Assembly: GCA_963840935.1 (NCBI GenBank) | Contig: CAWJAS010000001.1 | Span: 128,875-192,874 of the forward strand | Length of the DNA: 64,000 bases | Source of the DNA: Candidatus Magasanikiibacteriota bacterium | GTDB taxonomy: Bacteria; Patescibacteriota; Patescibacteriia; Magasanikbacterales; GWA2-37-8 | Direction of reading: 5' to 3' | In this document: piece after piece, positions 59,843-64,000 of the stretch | Position numbering within the stretch: the stretch's first letter is position 1 | Layout: every line of letters begins with the position of its first letter | Translations under genes and position numbers: made by a program | Notes under the pieces: model-generated | Seen by the model: the letters and a program-made list of their open reading frames with translations, nothing else | Databases searched by the model: none | What the model was told of the DNA's origin: nothing

Positions 59843-60400
59843 ATGCAACCAAAACAATTAAAAAGGATTTTTAATTTAATTCAGAAAACCGGCGACAGAT
59901 TAATTGTGGCCGATAGTTCTACCGATGAAGTTTTTGCCATAATGAATATTGATGATTATGAATCACTGGTTGATTATGACCGAGACTCTTGGGAAGACGA
60001 TGTTTGCGATTGCGAAGAAAGCGAATGTGATATTTGCGATTGTCAAAAAGAAATTTCTGATTTGACCGAGCAAGAAATGCTCAAAAAAATCAATAACGAT
60101 ATTGCCGAATGGAGAGACGCCCAAAAGAAAAAAAATGATGAAGAGTTGGCTGAAGAGATTTTGGAAGAAAATGTTAAGGATGAATTGCCGGCTGTGGGCG
60201 AAGTTAAAGACGAAAAAATTAATGAGGAGGTGAGAGTTGAAATTAAGCCGGCTTTTGCCAGTTTGAGCGAAGTGCTTACGGATGAAAAATATTTGAATTG
60301 ACAGTTTGATGACAGTCCTAGGGTAAATCAGATTGAAGAAGAAGACCTGAGTGGCGTGGAACATACTGAAGAAAAATTTTATTTGGAACCGGTAGAATAA
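59843..60400 (+). CDS. Acidic hypothetical protein with an in-frame TGA at 60299
   Basis: Frame continues 32 codons to EEKFYLEPVE-TAA. Confidence 0.6.
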
Positions 60401-60628
60401 AGGATTAGCTCTAAAATTAGCCAAAAAATGATTTTTGGCAGTCCACATGTTTGCCTCTTGCAATATTTTTTGGTTTCTGTTATAATGGCGTGAGATAAAT
60501 TAAAGCGAGTAGCTCGATTTTTTTGAGTAGCCCGTAAAATTTATTGATAATTTATATATTTTTTGAGACGGCTGGATAACAAATCTGCACCGACCACTCG
60601 GGAGCAGTGCCGTGTAAATTTAATCCAT

Positions 60629-61819
60629 ATGGCTGAGTTTGTAAGAACCAAGCCACACGTCAATGTTGGCACAATCGGCCACGTTGATCACGGTAAGACT
60701 ACGCTTACCGCCGCTATTTTGGCGGTTTTAGGCGCGCGCGGTATGAGCGCGCAAACAAAAGGCGTCGAGGATTTAGATAAAGCCCCGGAATCCAAATCCC
60801 GTGGTATTACTATTTCCACCGCTCATGTTGAATATGAGTCGGAAAAACGCCATTATGCTCACGTTGATTGCCCGGGCCATGCTGATTATGTTAAAAACAT
60901 GATTACCGGCGCGGCTCAAATGGATGGAGCTATTTTAGTCGTTTCCGCCGCCGATGGTCCGATGCCTCAGACCCGTGAACACATTGTGCTTGCCCGTCAG
61001 GTTGGCGTGCCTCACATTGTTGTTTATTTAAACAAAGTTGACCAAGTATCTGACCCGGAATTGATTGATTTGGTTGAAGCCGAAGTTCGCGATTTGCTCA
61101 CAAAATACGAATTTCCTGGCGACACCACCCCGATTATCCGCGGTTCAGCCCTTCAAGCTCTCCAAAATCCGAGTGATGAAGCCGCTTCAAAATCTATCAT
61201 GGAACTTATTAATACCATTGATGAATATATTCCGGAACCTGTTCGCGCCATTGACCAGCCTTTCTTAATGCCTGTTGAAGACGTGTTTTCAATTGAAGGC
61301 AGAGGAACCGTGGTTACCGGTCGTATTGAACGCGGTGTCATCAAGATAAACGATGAAATTGAAATTGTCGGTTTGAATGAAGAAAAAATGAAAACAGTTG
61401 TTACCGGCATTGAAATGTTTAACAAGCAATTGAAAGAAGGCCAAGCTGGTGATAACGCCGGAATCTTGCTTCGCGGTACCAAAAAGGAAGAAGTGGAACG
61501 CGGTATGGTTCTTGCCAAACCCGGTACCATTAATCCTCATACTGAATTTGAAGCTCAGGTTGTCGTTTTGACTAAAGAAGAAGGTGGACGACACAAACCG
61601 TTTTTCAAAGGCTACAAGCCTCAGTTCTACATCAGAACAACTGATGTGACCGGTGAAGTTGTTTTGCCGGAAGGAACAGAAATGGTTATGCCTGGTGATA
61701 CAATCAATTTTATTGTTAAATTGATTAAGCCGGTAGCTATTGAAGAAAAAATGAAATTCGCCATTCGCGAAGGCGGAAGAACCGTCGGCGCGGGTGTGGT
61801 AACAAAAATTATTAAGTAA
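60629..61819 (+). CDS. tuf: Elongation factor Tu
   Basis: GHVDHGKTT and [12 protein letters not shown] motifs. Confidence 0.99.
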   Translation: MAEFVRTKPHVNVGTIGHVDHGKTTLTAAILAVLGARGMSAQTKGVEDLDKAPESKSRGITISTAHVEYESEKRHYAHVDCPGHADYVKNMITGAAQMDGAILVVSAADGPMPQTREHIVLARQVGVPHIVVYLNKVDQVSDPELIDLVEAEVRDLLTKYEFPGDTTPIIRGSALQALQNPSDEAASKSIMELINTIDEYIPEPVRAIDQPFLMPVEDVFSIEGRGTVVTGRIERGVIKINDEIEIVGLNEEKMKTVVTGIEMFNKQLKEGQAGDNAGILLRGTKKEEVERGMVLAKPGTINPHTEFEAQVVVLTKEEGGRHKPFFKGYKPQFYIRTTDVTGEVVLPEGTEMVMPGDTINFIVKLIKPVAIEEKMKFAIREGGRTVGAGVVTKIIK

Positions 61820-61877
61820 ATCATGCGAGAGGGGACGCTTAGCGTCCCCTCTTTGCAATGAAATAATGTTCTTTACC

Positions 61878-62213
61878 ATGACCTCAGCAACCACAAAGAA
61901 AACAGTCGAAGCCACAAGGATCCGTATCAAGATTCGGGCTTATGACAACAAGATTATTGACCAGGCAACAAAAATGATTATTGAAACAGCAGAACGAAAT
62001 GACGCAAAAGTCATTGGTCCTGTTCCGTTGCCGACCGAAAAATCAAAGTTCACCGTTAATCGGTCAACTTTTGTCCACAAGAATGCGCGTGAACAATTCG
62101 AAATGCGTGTTCATAAGCGTTTGATTGACATCATGAACGCCTCGCCCAAATGCGTTGACGCGCTCATGAGTTTGAGTTTACCGTCCGGAGTGGATGTGGA
62201 AATAAAAATGTAG
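61878..62213 (+). CDS. rpsJ: 30S ribosomal protein S10
   Basis: GPVPLPT and [11 protein letters not shown] motifs; start is 61866 or 61878. Confidence 0.97.
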   Translation: MTSATTKKTVEATRIRIKIRAYDNKIIDQATKMIIETAERNDAKVIGPVPLPTEKSKFTVNRSTFVHKNAREQFEMRVHKRLIDIMNASPKCVDALMSLSLPSGVDVEIKM

Positions 62214-62658
62214 TTCAAGAGTGAATTTAGCTTAATTTAGCTAAAAAAAGCAGAATTATCAGTTGCGCGCGAAAGTTAGGCTTAGCTATTGACAATTTTG
62301 TAATTTTTTTGTAAGATTGAGCTCGGGATTAATTTTGGTCTTTTTCGTTCAAAGAAATAAGATTCTCCGCCGATGGCGGACGAAAAACATTTATTTGAGA
62401 GCAAAAAAGATCGGAGGCAAATTTATAACATAAAAGTAAAAAGCCAGTTTAATTCGTTTTACGGATTTATTCGTTTTGCGCGAGCGCGCGGACGAATTCG
62501 CTTCACGCGAGAATGGCTAGAAGCAATAGCATTGAAGAATTTTAGTGTTATCGCTTCTAGTTTTTTGTTAGATGAATAATTTATTAACCGGTTATCTCCG
62601 CTATTCGGGATGGGCTCTGCCTTGCAGAGTTAAGGCGGAGCAATGACAAACGAAGAAT

Positions 62659-63426
62659 ATGAAATTCATTATTGGAAAAAAAGTAGGCATGACACAGGTA
62701 TTCTCTTCATCGGGTGAAGTGGTACCGGTGACTCGGGTTAAAGCGGGTCCGTGTATGGTCGTGCAAATCAAAACAAAAGGCAAAGACAATGCCCAAGGCG
62801 TTGAAATTGGCTTTGAAGATATAAAAGAATACAAAATTAACAAACCAAAAGCCGGGCATTTAAAAGATTTGAAGCCCCTTCGTCATTTGATTTCCTTTAA
62901 CACGGAAAAAACAGATGAAATAAAGCGAGGCGACGAAATTACAGTAGGTACTTTTGAAGTGGGAGATAAAATCACAGTTCAGGGAGTATCAAAAGGGCGC
63001 GGTTTTGCCGGTGTTGTTAAAAGATATCATTTTAGAGGCGGACATGCTTCGCATGGCGGTAAACATGATTTGCGAGCACCCGGTTCAATTGGCGCCGGTG
63101 GAGTACAACGAGTTTTCAAGGGAATGCGCATGGCCGGCAGAATGGGCGGAGCGCCGGTTACCGTAAAAAATTTGGAAATTATCGAAATTAACCCGGAAAA
63201 TAATGAATTGCTAATCAAAGGAGCAATTCCCGGGGCGCGCAATGGAATTTTACGAATATATGGAGATGGTGAATTGGTGATTAAAAAAGATAATCCTGTT
63301 GTTGCTCCGGAAGCCGTGGAAGAATCAGTTGCGCCGGTAAGCGAGGCGCAAGCTCCGGTTGAAACAATTGTTCAAGAAGAAACGGCCGGCGAACAGGAAG
63401 CGGCTCCGGCGGAAGATAAAAATTAA
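62659..63426 (+). CDS. rplC: 50S ribosomal protein L3
   Basis: GKKVGMTQ and SKGRGFAG motifs. Confidence 0.98.
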   Translation: MKFIIGKKVGMTQVFSSSGEVVPVTRVKAGPCMVVQIKTKGKDNAQGVEIGFEDIKEYKINKPKAGHLKDLKPLRHLISFNTEKTDEIKRGDEITVGTFEVGDKITVQGVSKGRGFAGVVKRYHFRGGHASHGGKHDLRAPGSIGAGGVQRVFKGMRMAGRMGGAPVTVKNLEIIEINPENNELLIKGAIPGARNGILRIYGDGELVIKKDNPVVAPEAVEESVAPVSEAQAPVETIVQEETAGEQEAAPAEDKN

Positions 63427-63453
63427 TTTTCTCGCCTAATTATAACAGTCAAT

Positions 63454-64000
63454 ATGAAAATTAAAGTTTACAATTTAGCGGGAAATGAAACCGGAGAAAT
63501 TTCTTTAAATGAAAAAGTTTTTGGCGTTAAAATTAAACCGGAAGTTGTTCATGAAGTTTATGTGGCGCAAATGAGCAATGCGCGAGAACCGTGGGCGCAC
63601 ACAAAAACAAAAGGTGAAGTGAGAGGTGGAGGAAAGAAACCATGGAAGCAAAAAGGAACCGGTCGCGCCAGACATGGTTCAATTCGTTCTCCGATTTGGA
63701 CCGGCGGTGGTATAACATTTGGTCCTCTTTCAGAACGTAACTACAAATCAAAAATAAATAAAAAAACACGCCAAGTGGCAACAAGAATGTGTTTGACCGA
63801 TAAAGCAACTGGTGGCGCGTTGTTCGCGATTGAAGATTTTAATTTTGGCGATTTGAAAACAAAAAATTTCGCCGGATTAGTCAAAAAATTACCGGCCGGA
63901 TTCAAATCATTTTTGGTTTTAACCGGTGGCGATGAAAATAAAAATGTATACAGAATCACCAGAAATTTAAAAAAAATCGAAACCGCAAAAGCCGTTGACG
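63454..64000 (+). CDS. rplD: 50S ribosomal protein L4 (3' truncated by window)
   Basis: TKTKGEVRGGGKKPWKQKGTGRAR motif. Confidence 0.97.
   Translation, partial: MKIKVYNLAGNETGEISLNEKVFGVKIKPEVVHEVYVAQMSNAREPWAHTKTKGEVRGGGKKPWKQKGTGRARHGSIRSPIWTGGGITFGPLSERNYKSKINKKTRQVATRMCLTDKATGGALFAIEDFNFGDLKTKNFAGLVKKLPAGFKSFLVLTGGDENKNVYRITRNLKKIETAKAVD

Noticed and set aside
62214-62658. 68-aa ORF or named ncRNA between rpsJ and rplC
   Set aside because: A promoter and several hairpins suggest a leader or attenuator, but I cannot assign a family and the ORF lacks support.

Overview
AT-rich bacterial chromosome window. It is most likely from a CPR/Patescibacteria (Parcubacteria-like) genome, inferred from the divergent core proteins and housekeeping genes that lack Shine-Dalgarno sites; the genetic code is 11. 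The backbone runs rpoB(3' end)-rpoC, yebC-ruvC, rpiB-rpe-trxB-pfkB, T-box-ileS-NIF3-ruvA, gatB, a dTTP cluster (dCMP deaminase, dut, thyA, DHFR, tmk), stand-alone rplA, tRNA-Asn, trpS, rlmH, tgt, uvrD/pcrA, rpsL-rpsG-fusA, purF, tuf-rpsJ-rplC-rplD. Five accessory signals stand out. (1) A ~8.7 kb integron (about 9.6-18.3 kb) has an internally deleted integrase and about 13 intact or decayed attC sites. Its cassettes carry long terminal inverted repeats, and most attC sites have a non-canonical A|TT crossover. (2) About 11 self-contained single-gene units (TTGACA promoter, often a boxA-like motif, strong SD, ORF, terminator) occur inside and outside the integron. (3) Three of these units, clustered at 50.4-54 kb, encode proteins with DGR-target-like C-termini, and one is flanked by a 46-bp duplication of the uvrD 3' end. 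(4) The ileS T-box has an ultra-short Stem I. (5) Palindromic repeats are inserted in frame in tgt, uvrD and gatB. All calls were made by eye; no database searches were run.
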